Source: an uncultured Candidatus Saccharibacteria bacterium (GTDB taxonomy: Bacteria; Patescibacteriota; Minisyncoccia; Phycocordibacterales; SBAW01). Taken from it: a stretch of DNA of 64,000 bases. The translations under genes were made by a program, and so were the position numbers. Positions 55,444-64,000 of the stretch are shown piece by piece (position 1 is the first letter of the stretch; every line of letters begins with the position of its first letter). Under the pieces are notes generated by a model, which was not told where the DNA came from, made no database searches, and was given only the letters and a program-made list of their open reading frames with translations. The stretch covers positions 143,235-207,234 of the forward strand of contig CAZTNI010000003.1 in assembly GCA_964615415.1 (NCBI GenBank), read 5' to 3'.

Positions 55444-56385
55444 TTACGCAGCCGCACTAGCAGCTGGGAGGTTTGCGATATTAATGTCTGCCCCAAGCTC
55501 CTTGAGGTAGCTTTTGTGGATGATCAAGAGGTCGTGGTGGCGCCGCACCACTTGTGTAGGAATCTCAGGGTCGTAGAGTTCCCAGTCCAGCGCACCTTCC
55601 GCGTTTACAGCTGCCTCATTTGGAGGAGGTGGAATAGGGCGCATGCACACGAACCCAAGCTTCTTCGAAATTCCGTATACAGGAGTCGAGTCCCACGGCG
55701 TCTCATTCCCCCGTGGGATTAAGAGTGCCGCAGTCTCGCCCTTCCAAAGTCGTGCAGCCCATATACCGATGCTACCACCCTCCACCTCGTAGTTCTTGAA
55801 TGCCTTGAGGCTTTTGCGAGAAATAGGGGTGTACAGACGCTCGGGCGGGTCGCGAAGCAATGCATATCGCGCACTGAGTGGCTGAGAGCTTTTGCCCTGC
55901 AGCTCTTCCGCAGTATCGAACTCGGTAATACGGTGTACCCTGTCAGAGCCGGGCCGATAACCGTAGATCTCCTGCGTGTTGATGTCGCCGATGTACGCAG
56001 AGACAACCTCCCCGCTTTCTTCGTCGACCAGAGCGATCATAGTTCCGACACCGTGCGACTGCCGGCGCACAAACGCCTTGGTGCCGTCGAGCGGGTCGAC
56101 CGTAAAGTACAACCCGTTCATGCTCTTTTCGTGCACACCGTCTTCCTCTGCGATGATCCCGTAACCCGGGAAGCATTCGCGGATGGCGCGGAGGTACACC
56201 TCCTGCGCCTTCTTGTCCGCCGACGTGAGTATGTCATCCATCGCGCCGCTGTAACCAATCTTGAGCTGTGACTCAAAAGTGGCACGTTCAGCACGGATGA
56301 TAACGATCGCACGCCGCACCGTCTCTTTCATGAGTCGTCCGACGGCATGACCGTTGAGGTTCCCTAAGCGATGTTCGTATGACAA
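55444..56385 (-). CDS. Inositol monophosphatase family protein
   Basis: TSADKKA, AEED, VDPLDGT, PWD. Confidence 0.88.
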   Translation of the reverse strand: MSYEHRLGNLNGHAVGRLMKETVRRAIVIIRAERATFESQLKIGYSGAMDDILTSADKKAQEVYLRAIRECFPGYGIIAEEDGVHEKSMNGLYFTVDPLDGTKAFVRRQSHGVGTMIALVDEESGEVVSAYIGDINTQEIYGYRPGSDRVHRITEFDTAEELQGKSSQPLSARYALLRDPPERLYTPISRKSLKAFKNYEVEGGSIGIWAARLWKGETAALLIPRGNETPWDSTPVYGISKKLGFVCMRPIPPPPNEAAVNAEGALDWELYDPEIPTQVVRRHHDLLIIHKSYLKELGADINIANLPAASAAA

Positions 56386-56503
56386 ATATCGTTCCTTTCT
56401 TTTACGTTACTGTTTCCAAATTAATAATAACACTTTTTTATAGTTTGTAAATATGTGCATGAGTAATAAAAAACCGCTTCGCCAAGGTGGCGAAGCGGGA
56501 TGA

Positions 56504-57316
56504 TTAGGATGCTTGGGCGACAGTGCGAGACGCGACTGATGTGCGCACCTGCTCAAGCAATTCTTCAGAGGTGTAGCGCCGCCGCACGATCGGCTGCCAT
56601 GGCGTGGGTTCAGGACTCTTCCACGGACAGCATGTTCGGACCCACCCCAGGTACTTCATTTCTTCACCCGTTTCCGGGTTAACCCTAGTGTAGTGGAGCA
56701 TCATTCCATTCGGGATCTTGTTTGCGGCGTTATGGCCCCGGATCTCCACGAACTGCTCTGGAGTCCAGCGTTCATGGAGCGAACGGGCGACCCACATGTT
56801 GTCCCCGTGGTTGACCACGACCACTGCCTCCATGTTTCCGCATTCGCGATGGAGTGTGTCGAGGAACAGCCGCAGGCGGATGGTGACATCCGCGTATGAC
56901 TCTCCCCGATCAGGACGAAAATTGAACAGGTCGAGCTCTGGTGCACGATTCCGTATTTTCGAGAGCCATTCTTTACGTTCCGGAACCGACATGTCTTCGA
57001 GAATGCCGCCACTGCGTTCGCGGATATTGTTCTCGATGAACCATTCTGCGTCTGGAAGGCCGAGCAATCCGGCTGTTTGCTTCGCTCGGTTGAAACTCGA
57101 CGTGTACCAGCGCTCGAACTTGAATCCTTGCGCTATGAGCCACTCGCCGCTTGCGCGAGCCTGCGTTTCGCCAAGCGACGTCAATGCTGCGTGCGAGGAA
57201 GGTCTGTTGATGACCTCCTCAAACATGGACATGTCGCCCTTCTCGTATGCGAGCTTGCCAGCCTGATTACGTTCAGACTGACCGTGACGCACATATATTA
57301 AATGCCTCGGAAGCAT
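56504..57316 (-). CDS. Histidine phosphatase (phosphoglycerate mutase family)
   Basis: VRHGQS, RAKQT, GES, VNHG. Confidence 0.9.
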   Translation of the reverse strand: MLPRHLIYVRHGQSERNQAGKLAYEKGDMSMFEEVINRPSSHAALTSLGETQARASGEWLIAQGFKFERWYTSSFNRAKQTAGLLGLPDAEWFIENNIRERSGGILEDMSVPERKEWLSKIRNRAPELDLFNFRPDRGESYADVTIRLRLFLDTLHRECGNMEAVVVVNHGDNMWVARSLHERWTPEQFVEIRGHNAANKIPNGMMLHYTRVNPETGEEMKYLGWVRTCCPWKSPEPTPWQPIVRRRYTSEELLEQVRTSVASRTVAQAS

Positions 57317-57359
57317 TTCAACCTCTTTCTTTTGTTAGAGTCCTTCTACTTTGAAGCTA

Positions 57360-57959
57360 CTACTTCTGCCAAGGAATTTCAAATTGCTCGAAGTCCGGGA
57401 GAATTTTTTTGTCGTAGAGCAGGCGCGAGATAACCTCTGCGTGGCTCTTGGCTCCGGTCAGTGCATTGTGTGGGGTCGGCTCTTCCGGGATGCCACAGTA
57501 GACCAAGATCGCGTCGAGGTCTAAGGCGGAGCGTTTCTTTTCTGGGTCGAGTGGCGGAGTGATCCCCTTTTTGATCATGTGCATCCAGGCAAGGGAGTGA
57601 CTGTCGATGGTGCGGTGTGCAAAGGGCCAGTCCGTGTGTCCTGCACGAGCGGCAGCGTACTTTAAAAAGTCGCGATCAAACGACGGGTTTTGTCCCGCGA
57701 AAGTGTGGTCATCGCTCTGGAGTGCCCATGCAATAAATTTGTGCACCAAGTCTGCCTCGCTCTGTTTTTTCTGATCAGTCGCCTGCTCCACGGTAAAGCC
57801 GTTTACCGCAAGCGCCTCGTCTTCAATCTTTGCGCCATCCCACGCGCGACACTCTTCGTAAAACTGTCGCGAAGGATTACTAAGGTCCACCGCCCCAACG
57901 CTTAAAATAGAGTGCTTATGCGCCTCTGTACCTGAAGATTCAACATCAACTGCAATCAT
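57360..57959 (-). CDS. DEDDh 3'-5' exonuclease
   Basis: VDVE, NPSFD, HNAL. Confidence 0.85.
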   Translation of the reverse strand: MIAVDVESSGTEAHKHSILSVGAVDLSNPSRQFYEECRAWDGAKIEDEALAVNGFTVEQATDQKKQSEADLVHKFIAWALQSDDHTFAGQNPSFDRDFLKYAAARAGHTDWPFAHRTIDSHSLAWMHMIKKGITPPLDPEKKRSALDLDAILVYCGIPEEPTPHNALTGAKSHAEVISRLLYDKKILPDFEQFEIPWQK

Positions 57960-58086
57960 GCAGGTATTGTAGCGTATAAGAGACGCGGTTACCCGTACTT
58001 GACTCATGCATTAATAGATGTTATTGTTTTTCTGGACGCAGGAATTCGATAGCGTCGTATTCCACAAACCCAGAAAGGAACATCTG

Positions 58087-59463
58087 ATGACATCAGGCGT
58101 TTGGATAGTCATAGGGGTGGGCGTTGTTGCCCTCCTCTTCATTTCGCTTCTCATTTCGGTTCTCTATCGCAGCGTTGTTGCGACGAACATGGTCCATATC
58201 GTGCAGTCGCACGGCAAAACCACGTCGTATGGCTCCGGCCTCGAGGCCGGCAATGTCTATTATCGGTGGCCGCGTTGGCTGCCGCGTATCGGCGTCACCG
58301 TGATCGCGCTTCCGGTCTCGAACTTCGATCTCTCGCTCGAGAGTTACGAGGCGTATGACCAGGATCGGGTGCCGTTCATGGTCGATGTCACCGCTTTCTT
58401 CCGTATCAAAGATACGGACAAGGCGGCTCAGCGTGTCGAGAGTATCGAGGAACTTAAGGCACAGCTCCGGCAAATCGTGCAGGGTGCTGTCCGCAAGATC
58501 CTCGCCTCTTCCGACATCGACACCATCATGACGCAGCGCTCCGAGTTCGGCGAGCAGTTCACCCAAGAGGTGGATGATCAGCTCGCCGAATGGGGCGTCG
58601 AAACCGTGAAGTCCATGGAGCTCATGGACATTCGCGATTCGAAAGACAGCAAGGTCATCGCCAACATCATGGCGAAGAAGACCTCCCACATCGAGAAGGA
58701 AAGCCGTGTCGAGGTTGCCCAGAACAGACGGGCTGCCGAGACGGCGGAGATCGAGGCTCGCCAGGCGGTCGATATCCGGGCGCAGGAGGCCCAGCAGGCC
58801 GTCGGCGAACGGACAGCGCAGAAGGATCAAGCGGTCGGTATTGCCAACGAGCAGTCCCGGCAGCATGTTCTTGCTGAAGCAAGGGAGACCAGGTCGCGAG
58901 ACATGGAAGTCCGGCGCGTCGAGATCGTCAAGCAGGCAGAGATCACGAGAGATGAACAACTCGTGGCTGCCGAACAGGACCGGCAGACTACCGTCATTCG
59001 CGCCGAGGGCAACCTCGAAGCGAAGAGGCGTGAAGCGCAGGGTATCCAGGTCGAGGGCGAGGCCAAGGCTGCGGCCGAGCAGGCTATCCTGCTTGCTCCG
59101 GTCGAGGCTCAGATCAAGCTCGCCAAGGAAATCGGCTCGAATGGTGGATACCAGAGCTATCTGGTTACACTCGAAGGCGTGAAGGCCTACACTGTCGTCG
59201 GCACTGCTCAGGCGGAAGCTCTGCAGAAGGCCGACATCAAGGTCATCGCAAATGCCGGCAATCCAACCGAAGGAGTGAAGTCCGTCATGGATCTTCTCTC
59301 CTCCAAGGGCGGCACGGCACTCGGCTCGATGGTGGAAGCCATGGCGCAGACGCCGATGGGCGAAGCAGTCCTGTCTCGGCTTGGGGTCAAGGAATCGGCA
59401 CCGACGCCTCACAAGGCGAATGGTGCTGACCCTACAGCTCCCTCAACTTCCACGCCGCAGTAG
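58087..59463 (+). CDS. Flotillin/SPFH family protein
   Basis: N-terminal TM, SPFH domain, AEA-rich coiled coil; GC-rich; TTGACT-17-TATTGT (57999-58027), AAAGGA SD, terminator at about 59490-59517. Confidence 0.9.
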   Translation: MTSGVWIVIGVGVVALLFISLLISVLYRSVVATNMVHIVQSHGKTTSYGSGLEAGNVYYRWPRWLPRIGVTVIALPVSNFDLSLESYEAYDQDRVPFMVDVTAFFRIKDTDKAAQRVESIEELKAQLRQIVQGAVRKILASSDIDTIMTQRSEFGEQFTQEVDDQLAEWGVETVKSMELMDIRDSKDSKVIANIMAKKTSHIEKESRVEVAQNRRAAETAEIEARQAVDIRAQEAQQAVGERTAQKDQAVGIANEQSRQHVLAEARETRSRDMEVRRVEIVKQAEITRDEQLVAAEQDRQTTVIRAEGNLEAKRREAQGIQVEGEAKAAAEQAILLAPVEAQIKLAKEIGSNGGYQSYLVTLEGVKAYTVVGTAQAEALQKADIKVIANAGNPTEGVKSVMDLLSSKGGTALGSMVEAMAQTPMGEAVLSRLGVKESAPTPHKANGADPTAPSTSTPQ

Positions 59464-59525
59464 GTTGCGTGGAACGTATAACATCAGTCAAGCGGGCTCT
59501 TCGGAGCCCGCTTTTTTCTTTGTAT

Positions 59526-59774
59526 TTAAATCTCTCCGACGATGCGACGGACGGCGGCGTCCATTTTTGTAATAAGACGGTGGAGGCCGGGGTACTTGCT
59601 CGTGCGTCGTTCAATATAGTCGCGCAGCGTAAGCGAAACGAGCGAAAACAGGATGAGTGCTATAGCGACGAAGATGAATCCTGGAATGATAGGTAGCAAA
59701 AAGCCCACCGCGCCTAGCATTAAAAAGAGGGTTGCTGCGATGATGATGAATCCACGTTTTACTTGTCGCTTCAT
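59526..59774 (-). CDS. Small membrane protein (DUF454/PGPGW-like)
   Basis: LGAVGFLLPIIPG hydrophobic hairpin. Confidence 0.65.
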   Translation of the reverse strand: MKRQVKRGFIIIAATLFLMLGAVGFLLPIIPGFIFVAIALILFSLVSLTLRDYIERRTSKYPGLHRLITKMDAAVRRIVGEI

Positions 59775-59789
59775 GTATAAATACATTTC

Positions 59790-59960
59790 CTACTCGCCCG
59801 AGGTCTCGGGTGCAGGATGTATGACGAGCCCAGCCGTATTTTCTTGCAGGGCGGAGAGCCTTCCTAAACCGAACGCCCCTACCCCAACGAGGACGATAAT
59901 AAGGGGGATAAGCAGCCTATCAAGCCAGATCTTGCCAGTTTTAAGCTTGTCTGCTATCAT
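59790..59960 (-). CDS. Small membrane protein
   Basis: IIVLVGVGAFGLGRLS hydrophobic segment. Confidence 0.55.
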   Translation of the reverse strand: MIADKLKTGKIWLDRLLIPLIIVLVGVGAFGLGRLSALQENTAGLVIHPAPETSGE

Positions 59961-59984
59961 GTGGCAACTATAGCATAAAGCGTT

Positions 59985-60263
59985 ATGGCACATAAAAAGG
60001 CGGGCGGTACAGCGAAAAACCTAACAGATTCAAAGCCAAAATTCCTTGGCGTGAAGCTTTTTGCTGGTCAAAAAGCTAAGCGTGGCGACATTATTATCCG
60101 CCAGCGCGGCACTCGCGTTATGGCAGGAGCACATGTGGGTATGGGCAAGGACCACACACTCTTTGCTCTCGAAGAAGGTGTTGTAGCCTTCCGCACCGCG
60201 CGCAAAACGAACTTCAATGGTTCAAAAACGGTGCGCTCGGTAGTCGACATTAAGACTAAATAA
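59985..60263 (+). CDS. rpmA: 50S ribosomal protein bL27
   Basis: MAHKKAGG...RQRGT...GKDHTLFA. Confidence 0.97.
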   Translation: MAHKKAGGTAKNLTDSKPKFLGVKLFAGQKAKRGDIIIRQRGTRVMAGAHVGMGKDHTLFALEEGVVAFRTARKTNFNGSKTVRSVVDIKTK

Positions 60264-60300
60264 CTCTCACCAAAAACCCCGCATCAAGCGGGGTTTTTGT

Positions 60301-60474
60301 TTATCGTGCCGATCCTCCTTTCCGTCCAGCTTCAGCCGCTTTCCGTCGGTCATTTGCAAAATTGCCAGGATTGTTCTGTTTGCCTTGGCTCCTGCCACCA
60401 AGCGACGCTATCTCTCGGCGCCTTTGTGAGTCCATCGAGGCGAACCCGCGTCCACTCCCCCTACCCTGTGTCAT
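60301..60474 (-). CDS. KGG-motif stress protein (YciG/Con-10-like)
   Basis: RGFASMD...REIASLGG...GNFAND...AAEAGRKGG. Confidence 0.85.
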   Translation of the reverse strand: MTQGRGSGRGFASMDSQRRREIASLGGRSQGKQNNPGNFANDRRKAAEAGRKGGSAR

Positions 60475-60557
60475 ATCCCAGTTTTTATTGATGTGGTTAG
60501 TCGTGACTAATGTTCGACCTACCCGCATATCGTACAAAGAAAGGAATGAACCCTGTG

Positions 60558-61001
60558 TTAAGCAGCTGTGATCACCACGGTGACAGCGCTTTTCACTGTC
60601 TTGCTGTGTAGCTCGACACTGTGTTCGCCTAAGGTTTTGATGTGCACTGCAGATGCAATTGAAGTCTCTGGTATCTCGAGCGAGTGTTCAGCGCGGATCG
60701 CTTTTGCAATATCTTTTGCGGTAATAGATTTAAACAGTCCGCCTTTTTCGGTAGCGCGCGCCGTTATCGTAATCTGTTTCCCACGCAGCATCTTAATTTT
60801 ATTGCCGAGCTGCTCCTCTTGTTTTGCGAGCTCTGCTTCGTGTGCAGCTACTTTTGCGGCATGTTCAGCTAGCTTGTCGGGTGTTGCGGGGACGGCGAGC
60901 TTGTTCGGGAAGAGGAAGTTATTCGCGTATCCTTCCGAGACCTCCTTTACTTCCCCGTGTTGGCCGATCTTCCGCACGTCCTTCAGTAGTATGACTTTCA
61001 T
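60558..61001 (-). CDS. rplI: 50S ribosomal protein bL9
   Basis: MKVILLKDV...GYANNFLFP...IKTLGEH. Confidence 0.96.
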   Translation of the reverse strand: MKVILLKDVRKIGQHGEVKEVSEGYANNFLFPNKLAVPATPDKLAEHAAKVAAHEAELAKQEEQLGNKIKMLRGKQITITARATEKGGLFKSITAKDIAKAIRAEHSLEIPETSIASAVHIKTLGEHSVELHSKTVKSAVTVVITAA

Positions 61002-61102
61002 ATTGCAGACACTATAGCACGAACTCGTGTGGGGTTAATTGACATTCAGTGCATATATTGTAATTTAGTATCGGTGTAACCGGGATCATAAGGAGGTTTC
61101 CA

Positions 61103-61873
61103 ATGGTATCCCAGGAGATCTTTGTTATCGACTATGCGCCCGAGGTTGATGCTCAGTCAGCCAAGGCAGCGCAGGTGCTCCGTGCCAAGGCTACGCTCGC
61201 GGAGAACCTGGGCCTTACTGCCCAGGTTGCGACACTGAACCAGGAGATTGCTGTGCTCGAGCGCGGCAACAGGCTTTCGCTTCAGGCGCTCACACCGGGC
61301 GAACTTGCTGTCTGGCGGGAGTGGCTTCCTACTTCATACAGGGAAAACGACGCCCCCAGAGGACATGGGCAGTCAGATCTGCTCAAAGTGTACTCTTTCG
61401 ATCGTATCCCGCAGCCGGTTCTTCGGAAGTGGAACGCTCTCAAGGAGAAAAACATCTTTGATCGTTTCGAGATCTGGACTCCTGAAAGGCAGACGATTGA
61501 CGACCCTGCGCTGGTTGGCGTGATCGGCAACGCATACTACATGGTCACCCGCTGGGGCGAGTCCGATGCTAACCTGCTCTCCTTCGAAGATATTCGTCGC
61601 AAGGTGTTGCGGCGAATTGTATTCAGTTTCGAGAGAATGTTTCTCCCTCTGTTTCTGATTGCCGCAATTGCAGGCCTTGTGGGTTGGGGGGCAGCTGCTG
61701 CGCTCATCTCGCTTTTTCAGGGTTCTCAGGAAATGGCGCCTTGGGGTGCTGCCTTTGCTGCCTTCGGGGCGGTAGTTGCCTGCTTCTGGGCTGTGTGGAA
61801 TGAGCCCAACACTCGTCTGATTCGGCAGGCTCGTCAGGTCGATCGAGAACTTGAACCTGCAAGTGCATCGTAA
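61103..61873 (+). CDS. Hypothetical protein with two C-terminal TM helices (orphan cassette)
   Basis: TTGACA at 61039, AAGGAGG SD, terminator AGCCGGTCCCC-AAA-GGGGACCGGCT at 61878-61907. Confidence 0.75.
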   Translation: MVSQEIFVIDYAPEVDAQSAKAAQVLRAKATLAENLGLTAQVATLNQEIAVLERGNRLSLQALTPGELAVWREWLPTSYRENDAPRGHGQSDLLKVYSFDRIPQPVLRKWNALKEKNIFDRFEIWTPERQTIDDPALVGVIGNAYYMVTRWGESDANLLSFEDIRRKVLRRIVFSFERMFLPLFLIAAIAGLVGWGAAAALISLFQGSQEMAPWGAAFAAFGAVVACFWAVWNEPNTRLIRQARQVDRELEPASAS

Positions 61874-61905
61874 AACAGCCGGTCCCCAAAGGGGACCGGC
61901 TTTTC

Positions 61906-62361
61906 TTATAGGAACTGCTGTAATTCTGCTGCGGTTGGAAACGTGCCACCTGGATGGTCTTCCTCTCCGCCTCCCCACCCCGCGCAGTGTGGTGCTTCGT
62001 GGAGTACAAGTACTGCATTGATATACCACTCTGGAGGCTCTCCCCAGAGATATACAAAACAGAGGTTAAGTATTTGGGTACGGCACCCAGCAATTGTCTC
62101 GCCGCGAGGAGCTTCGTCTTGGCAAAAGTCTGGCCACTCGCTCCTGTGTGCAACAGTCTGCACAATTACCAATCCTTGGTCTAACAGGGTACGACCTTCA
62201 GAGAGGTATAGCTCCGGAGCAACTTGCCAGCGCACCTTAATGCCTTCAAAAAGCACATAGTCCCCTTTGCTGTCTCGCAGCACCTCTTGCGCGTGAGATG
62301 TTCCTGCAAACGAACAGAAAAGCATGAGCGAAGCAAAGGTACTCTTTAAGCTTTTACGCAT
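61906..62361 (-). CDS. Secreted protein with HExxH motif
   Basis: Signal peptide (SHA-Q), LHEAPHC, AGGAGG SD, TTGACA upstream. Confidence 0.7.
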   Translation of the reverse strand: MRKSLKSTFASLMLFCSFAGTSHAQEVLRDSKGDYVLFEGIKVRWQVAPELYLSEGRTLLDQGLVIVQTVAHRSEWPDFCQDEAPRGETIAGCRTQILNLCFVYLWGEPPEWYINAVLVLHEAPHCAGWGGGEEDHPGGTFPTAAELQQFL

Positions 62362-62491
62362 CTTTAGCCTCCTTTTTCATGGCTCCGCCGCGAGCCTGTT
62401 CCTATGCTATTCAACACTAAAAAAAGTTTCTGTCAATCTGCTTCCTAAAAAGAAAGACCGCACCTTTTGAGGGGTGCGGTCGAGGTCAACC

Positions 62492-62998
62492 CTAAAGCGG
62501 GTTGACGAGTGTAGCCGGGTCGATGACCCAGCGCTCGTCGGGGACGGGGCTCGTGCGGCCGCCGGGCGGCTGGAGCGTCGTCCAATGCCCCAGCATGCGG
62601 TCGGTCCTCTCGGCGAGAACTGCCTGCTGGTCGTAGTACGTAGCCCGGTCGTACCAGGCCAGGTAGAACCCGTTGTACTGGGCCAGCAGAGTGTCGTAGG
62701 TCGCCTGGTTCTCCGGAGCGACACCCCACGTACCGTCGGCGCGGAGTGTGTAGAGTTCGCTCATGTCCGCAGTGATGTTCCGGATCAGTCGCTCATTCGT
62801 TGCGATGCCGTTCTGTTCCGCCTGGAACCATGCCGGCGTGCCCGGGTCGAGGGTAACGGCCGTCGTGGCCGGCGCCCGCGTGTTGTTGTAGACGATGACG
62901 GCAACGCCGCCCAAGATGATCGCCATGATGAGAAGTAGAGTCTTCCGGAATCGCAGCACTCCCCACTGGGAGGAGGTAGCAGCAGCTCGGCCATTCAT
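62492..62998 (-). CDS. Membrane-anchored hypothetical protein (GC-rich orphan cassette)
   Basis: TM helix, AGGAG SD, TTGACA-16-TAGTGT near 63073-63046, terminator at about 62447-62481. Confidence 0.65.
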   Translation of the reverse strand: MNGRAAATSSQWGVLRFRKTLLLIMAIILGGVAVIVYNNTRAPATTAVTLDPGTPAWFQAEQNGIATNERLIRNITADMSELYTLRADGTWGVAPENQATYDTLLAQYNGFYLAWYDRATYYDQQAVLAERTDRMLGHWTTLQPPGGRTSPVPDERWVIDPATLVNPL

Positions 62999-63077
62999 CT
63001 AGTAGTGCTCCTGTTTCGTTGGAAACCACAGTGACTTCCGAAACAACACTAGCACAATTTTTACCACTGTCAACTCT

Positions 63078-64000
63078 CTAGCGTGAAAGGAGGTATTGCA
63101 CTGCGGCGTCGCGCTGTGGGTCTTTGCCTGCGGTGTAGTCCTCTTGCGAGCGGTCTGCTTCAATGTCTGGCGTAAGACCGCCGTCAGAGATTGATGAGCC
63201 GTTTGGTGTCAGCCAGCGAGCGATCGTGATCTTTAATTCTGCTCCCCCGCCCAAGGACATCAGCTCTTGTACCGAGCCTTTGCCGAAGGTTTTTTTGCCG
63301 ATAAGTTTTGCAACATTGTTTTGCTGCAAGGCGCCTGCCAAGATTTCTGACGCAGATGCAGAGCCTTGGTCTACGAGGATCGCCATTGAAAGATTTTTCC
63401 CGGCAAAAATGTTGTAACCAAGTGAGCGATGGTAAATGTTATCCTCTTTGCCTTGGAAGTCTTCTGCAACAACGACTGCACCTACCGGGAGGAAGAAGCT
63501 AGCCATGTCGACAGCTGCTTCAAGGTAGCCGCCTGGGTTGCCGCGAAGGTCAAGGATCAGCTTTGTCGAGCCTGAGTTTATAAAGTCGCGCAAGGCATTC
63601 CTAAAGAGGTCTGCAGAATTTGCCGAGAAGCTGTAAAGCTCGATAACGTAGATGCCATCGTCGCGCTTGTAGTTGTTAAGTACTGGAATAGAGATCGTAT
63701 CGCGCACAACTGAAATTTCTTTCGGTTCGGTAGAACCTTCGCGCATGATACTTAGTTTTACCGTAGTGCCTTTTTTGCCGCGGATTACCTTTACTGCATC
63801 GTCAACACCCATGCCGTTGGTGAGCTTTCCATCAACTGCAATAATCGCATCGCCGCTTTTAAGCCCTGCTTTTTCTGCGGGCGAGCCTTTAATAGGTGCA
63901 ACAACCACCAGGTTACCGTCACGCAGCCCAAGCTCCATACCAACACCTTCGAATGCACCGCTGATGTCTTCTTTAAATATCTGCGCTTCCTGCGGCGGCA
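63078..64000 (-). CDS. S41 carboxy-terminal processing protease (CtpA-like); 5' end outside the window
   Basis: PDZ (GVGME...GSPAEKAGL), DLRGNPGG, SASASEI, TFGKGSVQ; the frame is open to the window edge. Confidence 0.95.
   Translation of the reverse strand, partial: PPQEAQIFKEDISGAFEGVGMELGLRDGNLVVVAPIKGSPAEKAGLKSGDAIIAVDGKLTNGMGVDDAVKVIRGKKGTTVKLSIMREGSTEPKEISVVRDTISIPVLNNYKRDDGIYVIELYSFSANSADLFRNALRDFINSGSTKLILDLRGNPGGYLEAAVDMASFFLPVGAVVVAEDFQGKEDNIYHRSLGYNIFAGKNLSMAILVDQGSASASEILAGALQQNNVAKLIGKKTFGKGSVQELMSLGGGAELKITIARWLTPNGSSISDGGLTPDIEADRSQEDYTAGKDPQRDAAVQYLLSR

Noticed and set aside
52380-57316. CRISPR array or classical integron
   Set aside because: The repeats are terminator hairpins separated by whole genes. 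There is no regular spacer periodicity, no convincing RYYYAAC/GTTRRRY attC ends, and no cas or intI gene.

Overview
Chromosomal segment of a small-genome bacterium, most likely a Patescibacteria/CPR (Parcubacteria-like) organism. This is inferred from the AlaRS lacking C-Ala, the archaeal-type non-discriminating AspRS, the FtsA-like plus baseplate-J-like gene pair and core genes without Shine-Dalgarno sites. The backbone carries nrdA/nrdB (nrdB has the class Ic Mn/Fe signature), a polysaccharide synthase fusion, a type IV pilus-like cluster, ung, a M13 peptidase, alaS, the infA-rpmJ-rpsM-rpsK-rpsD-rpoA-rplQ-rplM-rpsI cluster, grpE-dnaK-dnaJ, trpS, aspS, pepA, scpAB, a D,D-carboxypeptidase with mraY-ftsW-murG, gltX, rpmA, rplI and a partial S41 protease. 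Between core genes sit many self-contained units (sigma70-like promoter, strong SD, one orphan gene, intrinsic terminator). Most notable: three of these units appear to encode no protein. They are 270-420 nt structured RNAs containing recognisable pieces of ribosomal RNA: 23S H27-H31 at 14.5-14.9 kb, 16S h7-h10 at 28.2-28.4 kb and 16S h7-h11 at 51.4-51.7 kb, with new hairpins in the rRNA loops. This candidate rRNA-mimic ncRNA family occurs alongside stand-alone sigma70-region-4 and RNAP alpha-CTD proteins. All rRNA and protein family comparisons were made by eye from remembered consensus sequences and need computational confirmation. No tRNA, true rRNA gene, CRISPR array, integrase or transposase was seen.
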